A DNA stretch of 64,000 nucleotides from an uncultured Verrucomicrobiae bacterium (GTDB lineage Bacteria > Verrucomicrobiota > Verrucomicrobiia > Chthoniobacterales > UBA10450), in NCBI GenBank assembly GCA_963754325.1, contig CAVWFP010000002.1, positions 970,521-1,034,520 of the forward strand, given 5' to 3'. Position numbers and translations under genes: made by a program. Of this stretch, positions 22,149 through 30,952 are shown piece after piece. Under the pieces are notes generated by a model. The model searched no databases, had not been told where the DNA came from, and was given only the letters and a program-made list of their open reading frames with translations. Numbering within the stretch: position 1 is the stretch's first letter; each line of letters opens with the position of its first letter.

Positions 22149-23380
22149 GATTTAAAGAGGTTCTAGCCATGGCGATGGCCTCCCTCGGAGCGAACAAGCT
22201 TCGCTCCGCCCTGACCATGACTGGAATTACCATCGGCGTGTTTTCGGTCATATCGGTCATGACGGCGATCGGCGCGCTGCAAAGCTCGATCGAAAGCGGC
22301 ATCAGTTTCCTTGGGTCGAACATTTTCCAGTTCGCGAAATATCCGGCTAACGGAAATCAGGGCGGCAACGTGGCGAAGAAATTCGAGAACCGCCGCAACA
22401 TCACCTACCGAGAAGGGCTGAAGTACATGGAACTCATGGAAGGCTATGCGCGAGAGGTTTGCCTGAAGACATTCGACTTCAACGGCCAGGCCGTTTACAA
22501 CGGCGTCAAGACGACCCCGAGCCTGACGGTGGTCGGCAGCAACAAGAGCTTTCTGACGGCCAACGCCTACACCCTGGGCTATGGACGAAATATTTCCGAT
22601 GAAGACGTGGAACTCTCACGGCGCGTCCTGGTCATTGGACGAGCAATCGAAAAGCGCCTTTTCCCGCACGAGTCGCCCATCGGAAAAGAGATCCGGTTGA
22701 GCGGCCACACTTTCAACATCATCGGTGTGCTCGAAGAAAAAGGAACGTCGTTCGGCCAGAGCCAGGACGATATCTGTATCATGCCCATCACGCGCTTCTT
22801 CGAGAATTATGGCGAAGCCAAGCGCACGGTAAACGTCGCCACCCAATCGCATACGCAGCAAGATTACGAGCGCACGCTCGACCAGGGGGTTGGCGCGATG
22901 CGCATCGCCCGCGGCCTGCGGGCGGAGCAGCCTAACGATTTCGAGATTTATTCGAACGACTCTTTGAAGAGCGCCTTTACTTCGATTGCCGGAGTCGTGA
23001 GCATCGGTGCGTTTGTCATCAGCTTTATCGCTCTCGTGGCCGCTGGCATTGGGATCATGAACATCATGCTCGTCAGTGTCACCGAACGGACGAAGGAGAT
23101 CGGCGTACGCAAATCCATCGGTGCGCGATCCCGCGACATCCTTCGGCAGTTCCTGACCGAAGCGGTGCTCATTTCGGAGGCTGGCGGAGTTATCGGGATC
23201 ATTCTGGGAGTGCTCGGTGGCGACCTGCTGGCGGCGTGGTTGAAGGTCGATCTGATTTTCCCTTATGGATGGGCCCTGGCGGGATTGATTGTTTGCTCGG
23301 CGATTGGCATTGGCTTCGGGCTTTACCCGGCGTATCGGGCGGCATCTCTGGATCCGATTGAAGCGCTTCGATTCGAGTAG
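22145..23380 (+). CDS. ABC transporter permease (MacB/FtsX family), copy 2
   Basis: Same frame as track ORF 22019..23380. ATG at 22145 (MRFKEVLAMAMASLGANKLRS) forms an ATGA overlap with the stop of the GxxExxY remnant. FtsX motif ERTKEIGVRKSIGA. Confidence 0.85.
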   Translation: MRFKEVLAMAMASLGANKLRSALTMTGITIGVFSVISVMTAIGALQSSIESGISFLGSNIFQFAKYPANGNQGGNVAKKFENRRNITYREGLKYMELMEGYAREVCLKTFDFNGQAVYNGVKTTPSLTVVGSNKSFLTANAYTLGYGRNISDEDVELSRRVLVIGRAIEKRLFPHESPIGKEIRLSGHTFNIIGVLEEKGTSFGQSQDDICIMPITRFFENYGEAKRTVNVATQSHTQQDYERTLDQGVGAMRIARGLRAEQPNDFEIYSNDSLKSAFTSIAGVVSIGAFVISFIALVAAGIGIMNIMLVSVTERTKEIGVRKSIGARSRDILRQFLTEAVLISEAGGVIGIILGVLGGDLLAAWLKVDLIFPYGWALAGLIVCSAIGIGFGLYPAYRAASLDPIEALRFE

Positions 23381-23494
23381 TAATAACTATGGGGGCTATA
23401 GGGGACTCGAACCGAGGGGCACGCAACTTGCGCCTCTTCGAATTCGAGATGGTTTCCTCAGGCCCAATCACCTCAATCGAAAGCTTTTTCCGTC

Positions 23495-25690
23495 GTGTCT
23501 AATGTTCGAAAGGCAACAGCAACACAGGTTACCCCCAGTATCGTTTTGCTGGAGGACTACCCTGCCCTTGCCGCGGCTATCTCTTCGGCGCTGAAGAAGT
23601 TCGCTCCCCGCCACTTGACTCATACGGCGCGTTCGCTCAAGGAACTGGAATCGCTTTCGGCCAAGTTTCAGCCGGAACTCCTGGTGATCGACGTCGATCC
23701 GCCCTGGCCGAAGATCACTCAGTCGTTAGGTAAATTGCGCGCAACGCATCCGGCCACGCGCGCGTTGGTTATCGGCGCCACTGTGCCGAAGGAAATCATC
23801 GAGCAGCACGGCTCTGAACGGGCTCTTCAGTTCCTGCAAAAACCTTTCGATGTCCCCGAACTCGGCGCCGCCGTCCAGGCGCTCGTCGGTCCGTGGACGC
23901 ACGAAGAAAAGCTGCGGGGTACCTTGCGCTGTTTCGGCGCGATCGACGCAGCACTCCTGCAGTGCGCCAGTGCGCGCTCGGTCATTCTTGAAGTCAGCAA
24001 GAGAAACAGCACCAAGACGGGAGAACTTCATTTCGTCGACGGCCAGTTGCGCCATGCGGAGAACGGGCGCCAATCAGGATTGGAAGCGCTCGAAGAACTC
24101 TTCAGCTGGAATCAGCCGGAGCTTCGCGAGAAGGAACGGAAGTCCCGTGTCGCGTCGAAACGAACGATTCAAAGTCCGTGGACGGAGGCCTTCTTAAAGG
24201 CACTGCGCAATTCGGATGTCGATGCGGATGAGATCGTCCCGCACGCGCCCGCGCCGTCGGAACCAAAACAGGAGGCCAAAACCGGTAAGAGCCTCGTCCT
24301 GATCGACGATACCGACATGCTTTTGCTTTTCGTCGAGGATGTTCTCGCAACCGAGGACCCGACCTTGCGCATTTCAACGGCACCGACAGGGGCCGCAGGC
24401 GTAGAGGCGGTAACTGAGATTCTTCCGGACCTCGTCCTCCTCGATTACAGCTTGCCCGATTTCAACGGTGACGAAGTTTGCCGGCAGCTTCTCGAAAACG
24501 AACGCACGGCAAAGATCCCGATTCTTATGATGTCCGGCCACGTTCCGGAAATGAATCGGACAGCCTCCGAGATGGAAAACGTCGTCGCCACAATCGAGAA
24601 GCCGTTCTTGTCAGAGGCTCTTGTCGCACTGGTTCGCGAAACCTTGGAATCACCACCCGAACGGAAATCAAAGAAGCAGCCGGCGGCCCTCCCCACGCCC
24701 CAACCCGCCGCGCAGGTTCCGCCAACAATTCCCGATCAGAAAGCCGTTCCCGCGGCCGCACCGATCACTGCGCCGACACGCTCCCAGAGGACGACCGCAT
24801 CGCTAATCGATATTCCTGAACCCAGCCAGCCCATCGAGGGGAAAGAGCCACCTCCGCCGCCGTCATCGGAACCCGAAGTGACAGCAACGCCACCGCCACC
24901 TGTGCCGGTGGTTAGCGCTCCTCCTCCTCCCAGGGTCGAACCAACGCCAGCTCCGCCCGTGATCCCCGTCGCCAAACCGCCAGCGCCTGCCGTTGTAGCG
25001 ATCGAGTATCCCGTCCCTCACACAGTTGAGGTCATGCAAACGCCTCCTCCGAGGCCGCCCGTTCAGACGCTCGCTCCTTTCCCGGCCAGAATCGGACAGG
25101 AACCGGCCGCAGTTCCCGTCCTTGCACAAAAGCCTAACGAAATCGTGCTCGGCCTTTTTCTTGAGGTTGTTTCCATTCAGCTGACACCGTCGCTTCGACT
25201 GGGAACGCTTCGCGCCCGTCCCTCTTCCCAGACCATCTCACTGCAGGTTGCTTCACCTGCGTTGATCGCTGCGCTTCCACCGACCGGCTTCCAACTTGGG
25301 GCGGTCGACCTTGATCGCCACGGGCGAATTGCAAATCTCCGGGTCAAACCGTCGGTCCAGCCCTTCACGCCTTTGGCCACGCGAAACCTGCTCCAAATCG
25401 GAGGCGTTTCACTCGTGCCTCATAATTCACATGAAAATTTGCAACTCACACCGACTCCGAATGGACCGATGCGCATGCAACTCATTGCGCACTTGGAGAC
25501 CGCCGGTGTTGAGCTTTCAAACACCTTTCAAATCTCGAACATCGTCTTGAAAAACCGAAGTAACCGCGTGCGCGTCACACTGAGCGAGCACGCCATCACT
25601 CCGGAAAAAACCGGAACGGTTTGCGAGATTACTTCCGTGCAGATCGATGGCGGCGCGCACATCGTCGAGCTGACCCTGAATCCAGTCTAA
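23495..25690 (+). CDS. multidomain response-regulator-like protein: REC, DUF4388-like, REC, Pro-rich linker, unassigned C-terminal domain
   Basis: 731 aa. REC1 has ...LLVIDVDPPWP...QKPF. The DUF4388-like block is GTLRCFGAIDAALLQCA...GELHFVDGQLRHAE...GLEALEELFSW. REC2 has LVLIDDTD...LVLLDYSLPDFNG...MMSGH...EKPF. Residues about 385-545 are proline-rich. Confidence 0.7.
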   Translation: MSNVRKATATQVTPSIVLLEDYPALAAAISSALKKFAPRHLTHTARSLKELESLSAKFQPELLVIDVDPPWPKITQSLGKLRATHPATRALVIGATVPKEIIEQHGSERALQFLQKPFDVPELGAAVQALVGPWTHEEKLRGTLRCFGAIDAALLQCASARSVILEVSKRNSTKTGELHFVDGQLRHAENGRQSGLEALEELFSWNQPELREKERKSRVASKRTIQSPWTEAFLKALRNSDVDADEIVPHAPAPSEPKQEAKTGKSLVLIDDTDMLLLFVEDVLATEDPTLRISTAPTGAAGVEAVTEILPDLVLLDYSLPDFNGDEVCRQLLENERTAKIPILMMSGHVPEMNRTASEMENVVATIEKPFLSEALVALVRETLESPPERKSKKQPAALPTPQPAAQVPPTIPDQKAVPAAAPITAPTRSQRTTASLIDIPEPSQPIEGKEPPPPPSSEPEVTATPPPPVPVVSAPPPPRVEPTPAPPVIPVAKPPAPAVVAIEYPVPHTVEVMQTPPPRPPVQTLAPFPARIGQEPAAVPVLAQKPNEIVLGLFLEVVSIQLTPSLRLGTLRARPSSQTISLQVASPALIAALPPTGFQLGAVDLDRHGRIANLRVKPSVQPFTPLATRNLLQIGGVSLVPHNSHENLQLTPTPNGPMRMQLIAHLETAGVELSNTFQISNIVLKNRSNRVRVTLSEHAITPEKTGTVCEITSVQIDGGAHIVELTLNPV

Positions 25691-25953
25691 GAGGCTCCGT
25701 TGGCAGAGGAACCTGCCCGCTCGAGGAAACCTTCCAGCTCATCGACGCCGAAGTTTGCCAGAAGCTTGCCATTCAAGACCATCGTTGGAGTTTTCGTCTG
25801 ACCCGAGAGTTCCTTTAACTCTTTTAGCTTCGCGTCGTCGCCGCGCACCTCGATCCTCTCGTAGGTCACGCCTCGCTCATCGAGATAATGCATGGCCGCT
25901 TCGCAAAAGGGACAGCGGCCTTTGACGTACAAAATCGCGCTCACACCATGCAA
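25687..25953 (-). CDS. glutaredoxin-family protein
   Basis: 88 aa. CPFC active site, with TPTMVLNGK in the position of the cis-Pro loop. Confidence 0.75.
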   Translation of the reverse strand: MHGVSAILYVKGRCPFCEAAMHYLDERGVTYERIEVRGDDAKLKELKELSGQTKTPTMVLNGKLLANFGVDELEGFLERAGSSANGAS

Positions 25954-25988
25954 TCGTCACCGCGGCGCCCGGCGGCGGTATTTTCGTT

Positions 25989-27347
25989 CTACGAAAGGCC
26001 AACCGCCCGAAACGTTTCGTCGACTTGACGAAAATGCGGCTCCAGCGAACAAAGCCGGTCAATTTCGGTTTCGCCCAGGCTTATTTTGATCTCCGGTTCT
26101 TTTTTCGCATTCTCGGCGAATGTTCCGGACCCTTGCCAGGTCTTCATGGCGGCCCGTTGCACCGCTTCATAGGCCGACTTTCGATCGGCACCGGCGCGCG
26201 TGAGAGCCAGCAGAATCGATTGGCTGAAATAGAGTCCCTTTGTTCGCTCGAGGTTCTCTTTCATTCGCTCCGGATAAACCAGAAGGTTCGCGACAAGATT
26301 CGTTAGCGTGACCAGCATGTAGTCCAGCAGGGCGCACGAGTCCGGCAAGATGATGCGTTCGGCACTCGAGTGACTGATATCGCGTTCGTGCCACAGAGCC
26401 ACGTTTTCGAGCGCGGCCATGGCATTTCCTCGCACGACGCGCGCCAATCCGCTCAGCCGTTCGCTGGTGATCGGGTTGCGCTTGTGCGGCATCGCTGAGC
26501 TCCCCTTTTGACCCGCCCCAAAAAATTCTTCGACCTCCAGAACCTCCGTCCTCTGCAAGTGACGAAACTCGGTGGCCCATCGGTCGATGCTCGATGCGAT
26601 CAACGACAGGGTCAGCAAAAACTCCGCGTGCCGGTCCCTTTGCACAATCTGAGTCGAGATTGTCGCCGGTTTCAGTCCGAGCCGCTGGCAGACCATTTTC
26701 TCCACCGCCGGATCCAAATGTGCATGGGTACCGACAGCGCCGCTGAGTTTGCCGACCCGAACTCGTTCCAGCGTCTGGGTGAGGCGCTCTTCCGCGCGAC
26801 GAAACTCGTCGAACATCAACGCAAGTTTCAGCCCGAACGTAATCGGTTCAGCGTGAACTCCGTGACTTCGCCCGATCATCGGAGTCATCTTGTGACGCCG
26901 CGCCTGATCCCCGGCCGCCTTCCGAAGCTCGCTCAAATCGGCCAACAAAAGCTTCGCGGATTCGGTCATCTGAACTGCCAGCGTCGTGTCGAGAACGTCC
27001 GATGAGGTCAGTCCCTGGTGAATCCATCGCGCCGCCGGACCGACCGACTCGGCAACATTTTCGAGGAAAGCGATGACGTCGTGCCCGGTCCGCTTTTCGA
27101 TCTCGAGAATTTCCGGAACGGAAAACTTGGCGCGCTTCCGAATTTCGGCGGCGTCTTCCTTGGGAATTTGACCCAGCTCAGCCATGGCTTCGCATGCCAG
27201 AGTCTCGATCTCGAGCCAGATTTCGAATTTACGAACGTCGGACCAGATGGCGCGCATCTCTGCCCGGGAATAACGATCGATCACGTCAGGAACAAGATAC
27301 GGAGGTCGAGCAAAAGCAAAGGGCGATTTAAGATGGCTCTGCGCCAC
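25989..27347 (-). CDS. purB: adenylosuccinate lyase
   Basis: 452 aa. Fumarate-lyase signature SSAMPHKRNP and PurB-like flanks. Confidence 0.9.
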   Translation of the reverse strand: MAQSHLKSPFAFARPPYLVPDVIDRYSRAEMRAIWSDVRKFEIWLEIETLACEAMAELGQIPKEDAAEIRKRAKFSVPEILEIEKRTGHDVIAFLENVAESVGPAARWIHQGLTSSDVLDTTLAVQMTESAKLLLADLSELRKAAGDQARRHKMTPMIGRSHGVHAEPITFGLKLALMFDEFRRAEERLTQTLERVRVGKLSGAVGTHAHLDPAVEKMVCQRLGLKPATISTQIVQRDRHAEFLLTLSLIASSIDRWATEFRHLQRTEVLEVEEFFGAGQKGSSAMPHKRNPITSERLSGLARVVRGNAMAALENVALWHERDISHSSAERIILPDSCALLDYMLVTLTNLVANLLVYPERMKENLERTKGLYFSQSILLALTRAGADRKSAYEAVQRAAMKTWQGSGTFAENAKKEPEIKISLGETEIDRLCSLEPHFRQVDETFRAVGLS

Positions 27348-27466
27348 ATGCTCACGCCGCTCCTCTTAGCCGGGCGCGGGAAAAAATGCGGAACGCCGGA
27401 AAATCTGGACCGTTCGTTTAGCGGCTACTCCCAAAAACTTCTTCGGACTCGCTCCGGCTTGAGGGC

Positions 27467-27503
27467 AAAAAAAATCGCCCCGGCGGGACGCGCCGGAGCG
27501 ATT
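27467..27503 (-). terminator. rho-independent terminator after the 61-aa ORF
   Basis: On the minus strand, the hairpin AATCGC-(T)-CCGGCG-CGTCC-CGCCGG-(G)-GCGATT (T opposite G at the junction of the two stems) is followed by T8 (A8 on the plus strand at 27467-27474). Confidence 0.6.
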
Positions 27504-27526
27504 CGAAAGCTTCAGGTAATGTCTGC

Positions 27527-27712
27527 TTAGCAGACTTTGGCGCGGAGGAATCGGCCGTTGTTTTCGACGCGAACCTGTCCGCTGCCCAAAAGATCAGCCA
27601 CCGTAGCGACCGTTTCCTTGGTGTTTTTCGTGCAGGAACTGACCGCGAGGATCAGGTCACCGAGCGAAAGCTTCGTGCGGGGCTGTTTGAGGATTTGGCT
27701 GTTCTTTTTCAT
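27527..27712 (-). CDS. hypothetical small protein
   Basis: 61-aa ORF between dedA and purB. Its own terminator immediately downstream supports expression. No family recognised. Confidence 0.4.
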   Translation of the reverse strand: MKKNSQILKQPRTKLSLGDLILAVSSCTKNTKETVATVADLLGSGQVRVENNGRFLRAKVC

Positions 27713-27843
27713 ATGAATTACCTGCCTTGATAGACAGCAACTCTGGTGCCAGCGTTCAAAAACACCCTTCTGCGAGGGAAAACGGGCCGATCCTTAGGCT
27801 AAGCCGGTGTCAGAACCGCTCTGAAACCGACACAACTGTTCGA

Positions 27844-28494
27844 TTAATGAACACGGTCATCGCAGCTTTGTGGCCGTTTCATGAGCCGTACGGTGCCAAT
27901 ATAAAGCACCGCAAATACCGCGGTTACAGCTAGAACGACGACCGATTTCGCCTTCACGAAGTGAACCATCGCCTGCGGATCATTGAAAAGCTGCGGCTCG
28001 ACCCGGTAGGCGTAGCGTCCGAGGTATCCCAAAATCGCGCAGGAAATCCCGGAACCGGCGATCGTGACCGCGCTAAAGACGCCGAAATTCATCCGAACAA
28101 TACCTGCTGGGATGGAAATGAGATGGCGAACGACCGGCAGCAACCGCGCGAAGAATATTCCGCCTGCCTCGTAGCGAGCGAGCCATTGCTCGGCCTCGGT
28201 CAGCTTTTCAGGCGACAGTAGAAAATAGCGACCGTAACGAACCACCAGCGGCCGGCCAATCCAGCGAGAAGCCCAGTAAGTGATGGCCGCCCCGAGGTAT
28301 GCTCCCGCCGTTCCGGCAATCAGGACACCGGCGTAGTTCAATCGCCCCTGCGCCGCCAGAAACGCGGCCGGAGGCAAGACGGCTTCGGCCGGAACCGGGA
28401 TTGGCGTGCTGCCCAGCGCCATGAGAAGGACAATCAAGAGATACCCGTACGGGCCGCCCAGGCTGTTAAACCAGATTTCAATCAGCTGATGCAT
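27844..28494 (-). CDS. DedA/SNARE-associated family membrane protein
   Basis: 216 aa, multi-TM, with a DedA-like core (...IPVPAEAVLPPAAFLAAQG...RLLPVVRHLISIPAG). Confidence 0.75.
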   Translation of the reverse strand: MHQLIEIWFNSLGGPYGYLLIVLLMALGSTPIPVPAEAVLPPAAFLAAQGRLNYAGVLIAGTAGAYLGAAITYWASRWIGRPLVVRYGRYFLLSPEKLTEAEQWLARYEAGGIFFARLLPVVRHLISIPAGIVRMNFGVFSAVTIAGSGISCAILGYLGRYAYRVEPQLFNDPQAMVHFVKAKSVVVLAVTAVFAVLYIGTVRLMKRPQSCDDRVH

Positions 28495-28592
28495 CGGAAA
28501 GAATTTTGCATTTAGAATTTCGCATGTCGTAATAGTGGGAACCAGGGCGCCGCGCTAGTAAATCGAAACTGCCGAAACCGCAATCTCAATCC

Positions 28593-30368
28593 ATGATCTA
28601 CCGCCGCGTCCTCCGATATTACCGGCCCTTCCTCGGCCGGAGCGTGATTGGGCTGCTGCTCTCCTTCGCCGGCATTGGTCTGAATCTGCTCAAGCCGTGG
28701 CCGTTCAAGATCATTGTCGATAACGTCATTCCCCGGGTGACCGGCGGCGCAAAGACGCCTTTTCCATTTCATCAATCGTGGTGGCAATACGATCCAAAGA
28801 CTCTGGTACTATTCCTTTGTCTGGCGCTGATTTTGATCCAGGTCATCTGGAGTCTGCTCACCTGGGCCACTACCTACATTTTCGTTAAGATCGGTCTGCA
28901 AGCGCTGCTGAAGCTTCGCACGGATCTCTATTCGCACCTGCAGAGGCTTTCGCTGAAATTTCATGACGCGCGGCGTTCGGCTGATTCGAGTTTCCGCGTG
29001 GCCTACGATTCGCAGTCGATCCAAACGATTTATAACCGTGGCTTCACGAACGTTCTTGGATCCGCCATCACCCTGGTAAGCACCTTTGTCGTGATGCTGA
29101 AAATGGATTGGCAGCTCAGCCTTCTGTCTTTGATCGTTGTTCCGTTTCTGCTGGGCGCGATTTCTCTGTTCGGCAAACGCATTCGCAGCCAATCGACTTC
29201 GATCCAAGAAGTCGAAAGCGCCGTCCTCGTCCAGGCACAGGAAGGGTTGAGCTCGATCCGGATGGTGCACGCTTTTGGGCGCGAAGAGTATGAAGTGCAC
29301 GAATTCCATTCGCAGGCCGCACAAAGCCTGCGGGCAAATCTCCGCATGACTTTGACCAACATGAATAGCGCGCTGGTCATCAGCACGCTCATGGTCATCA
29401 GCACGGCGGCCATTTACTACATGGGCACGATGCACGTGCTCAACGGAACCCTCACCCTGGGTTCGCTATGGATTTTCAGCGCATACATCCTGATGCTTTA
29501 TGGCCCGCTCGAACAACTGACCTACACCGCGTGGGCCATGGAAGGCGCCACCGCCGGGGCCGGCCGTTGCTTCGAAGTTCTCGATAGCCCGGACGATGTA
29601 GCCGACGCTTCCGATGCCATCGAAATTGCCGGAACGACCGGCGCGATTCATTTCCAGAATGTTTCGTTCGGCTACAAAGATGAGCGAGAAATCCTCCACG
29701 ACATCGACCTCAAAATTGCGCCTAACCAAATCATGGCCATCGTGGGTGGTACCGGCGCAGGCAAAAGCACCCTGCTCAGCCTGGTCCCACGTTTTTACGA
29801 TCCATCTTCGGGATCGGTCACGCTCGACGGCCTGGACTTGAAAAAGATCACCAAGAAATCTTTGCGCACGCAGATCGGAATCGTTTTGCAGGACACTCTG
29901 CTTTTTTCAACCACCATCCGCGAAAACATCGCCTACGGGCGTCCCGATGCGAGCGAGGACGAAATCATTGACGCCGCCAAACGGGCGCAGGCCGATGACT
30001 TCATTCGCCAGATGCCAGACGGATATTCCAGTCAGGTCGGCGAACGCGGAGGACACCTCAGCGTGGGGCAACGCCAGCGCATCGGGATCGCACGGGCATT
30101 TCTCAAGAATGCGCCCATTCTCTTGTTGGACGAACCGACGTCGGCTCTCGATCCAACCACCGAATCGGCTATCATGGCGACGATCAAGGACCTGATGAAG
30201 GGCCGAACGACGTTGATCGTGACCCATCGCCTCGGCACCATTCACCGAATGGATAAGATCGTTGTCATGCAACATGGCCGCGTTGTCGAGCAGGGAACGG
30301 GGCCGGAGTTGTTAGGCCGGAACGGAATCTATGCGAATCTGTATCAATCGGGCAATTATCCGGAATGA
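28593..30368 (+). CDS. ABC exporter, fused TMD-NBD (MsbA-like type I exporter)
   Basis: 591 aa. Six-helix TMD followed by an NBD with GGTGAGKST, LSVGQRQR and LLLDEPTSALD. Confidence 0.85.
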   Translation: MIYRRVLRYYRPFLGRSVIGLLLSFAGIGLNLLKPWPFKIIVDNVIPRVTGGAKTPFPFHQSWWQYDPKTLVLFLCLALILIQVIWSLLTWATTYIFVKIGLQALLKLRTDLYSHLQRLSLKFHDARRSADSSFRVAYDSQSIQTIYNRGFTNVLGSAITLVSTFVVMLKMDWQLSLLSLIVVPFLLGAISLFGKRIRSQSTSIQEVESAVLVQAQEGLSSIRMVHAFGREEYEVHEFHSQAAQSLRANLRMTLTNMNSALVISTLMVISTAAIYYMGTMHVLNGTLTLGSLWIFSAYILMLYGPLEQLTYTAWAMEGATAGAGRCFEVLDSPDDVADASDAIEIAGTTGAIHFQNVSFGYKDEREILHDIDLKIAPNQIMAIVGGTGAGKSTLLSLVPRFYDPSSGSVTLDGLDLKKITKKSLRTQIGIVLQDTLLFSTTIRENIAYGRPDASEDEIIDAAKRAQADDFIRQMPDGYSSQVGERGGHLSVGQRQRIGIARAFLKNAPILLLDEPTSALDPTTESAIMATIKDLMKGRTTLIVTHRLGTIHRMDKIVVMQHGRVVEQGTGPELLGRNGIYANLYQSGNYPE

Positions 30369-30952
30369 CCAACGTAAATCCTGATCGCACCATCCAGCAC
30401 GACTGGTGGGACAAACCGATCCCGGAGAATGTCGAATTCGGCGAAGGCTTCTATTGCGAAACCGCGCAGGTGTTCCGCCATCTGCGCGCCAAGCATCCGC
30501 GCGCGATCGTTTTGGGAAACCACGTTTCCATCTATGCCGGTTGTTCTTTTTCGGTCGGCGCTGGAGGGAGCTGCTCTGTTGGCGATTTCACCCTCCTCAA
30601 CGGCGCGCTCGTCATGGTCGAAGAACGAATCGAGATCGGGTCGCACTGCCTCATTTCGTGGAACGTCGGCATCGCCGATTCAGATTTCCATCCCCTGGCG
30701 CCGGCGGAACGACTTATCGATGCAGAGGCCCTGGCTCCATTTTTCAAAGGTCGGCCGCCCCGTCCGAAGCTAACGACGCGGCCGGTTATCATCGGCGACA
30801 ACGTTTGGATCGGGATGAACGCCACCATCCTGAAGGGCGTCAGCATCGGGGATAATTCTGTTGTCGCCGCCGGGGCGGTGGTGACCAAAAGCGTCGCGCC
30901 GAACACCGTCGTCGCGGGAAATCCCGCGGTTCCGATCAAGACCTTCCAATGA
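30365..30952 (+). CDS. hexapeptide-repeat (LbH) acyl/acetyltransferase
   Basis: 195 aa. C-terminal IGDNVWIGMNATILKGVSIGDNSVVAAGAVV hexapeptide repeats. ATGA overlap with the exporter stop. Confidence 0.8.
   Translation: MTNVNPDRTIQHDWWDKPIPENVEFGEGFYCETAQVFRHLRAKHPRAIVLGNHVSIYAGCSFSVGAGGSCSVGDFTLLNGALVMVEERIEIGSHCLISWNVGIADSDFHPLAPAERLIDAEALAPFFKGRPPRPKLTTRPVIIGDNVWIGMNATILKGVSIGDNSVVAAGAVVTKSVAPNTVVAGNPAVPIKTFQ

Noticed and set aside
23395-23470. tRNA-like fragment on the minus strand (..GGTTCGAGTCCCCTATAGCCCCCA), considered as a tRNA gene or an integration-site relic.
   Set aside because: Only a T-loop-like GGTTCGAGTCC is present. The flanking bases do not form a T stem, and I could find no matching acceptor 5' strand, D arm or anticodon arm. 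No integrase or direct repeat is nearby.
24650-25130. Several overlapping ORFs on both strands (for example 24736..24975 minus, 24863..25129 minus, 24621..24806 plus) inside the response-regulator gene.
   Set aside because: They lie in the proline-rich, low-complexity part of a long, well-supported ORF. CCN/GGN-rich sequence stays open in many frames, which makes these artefacts.
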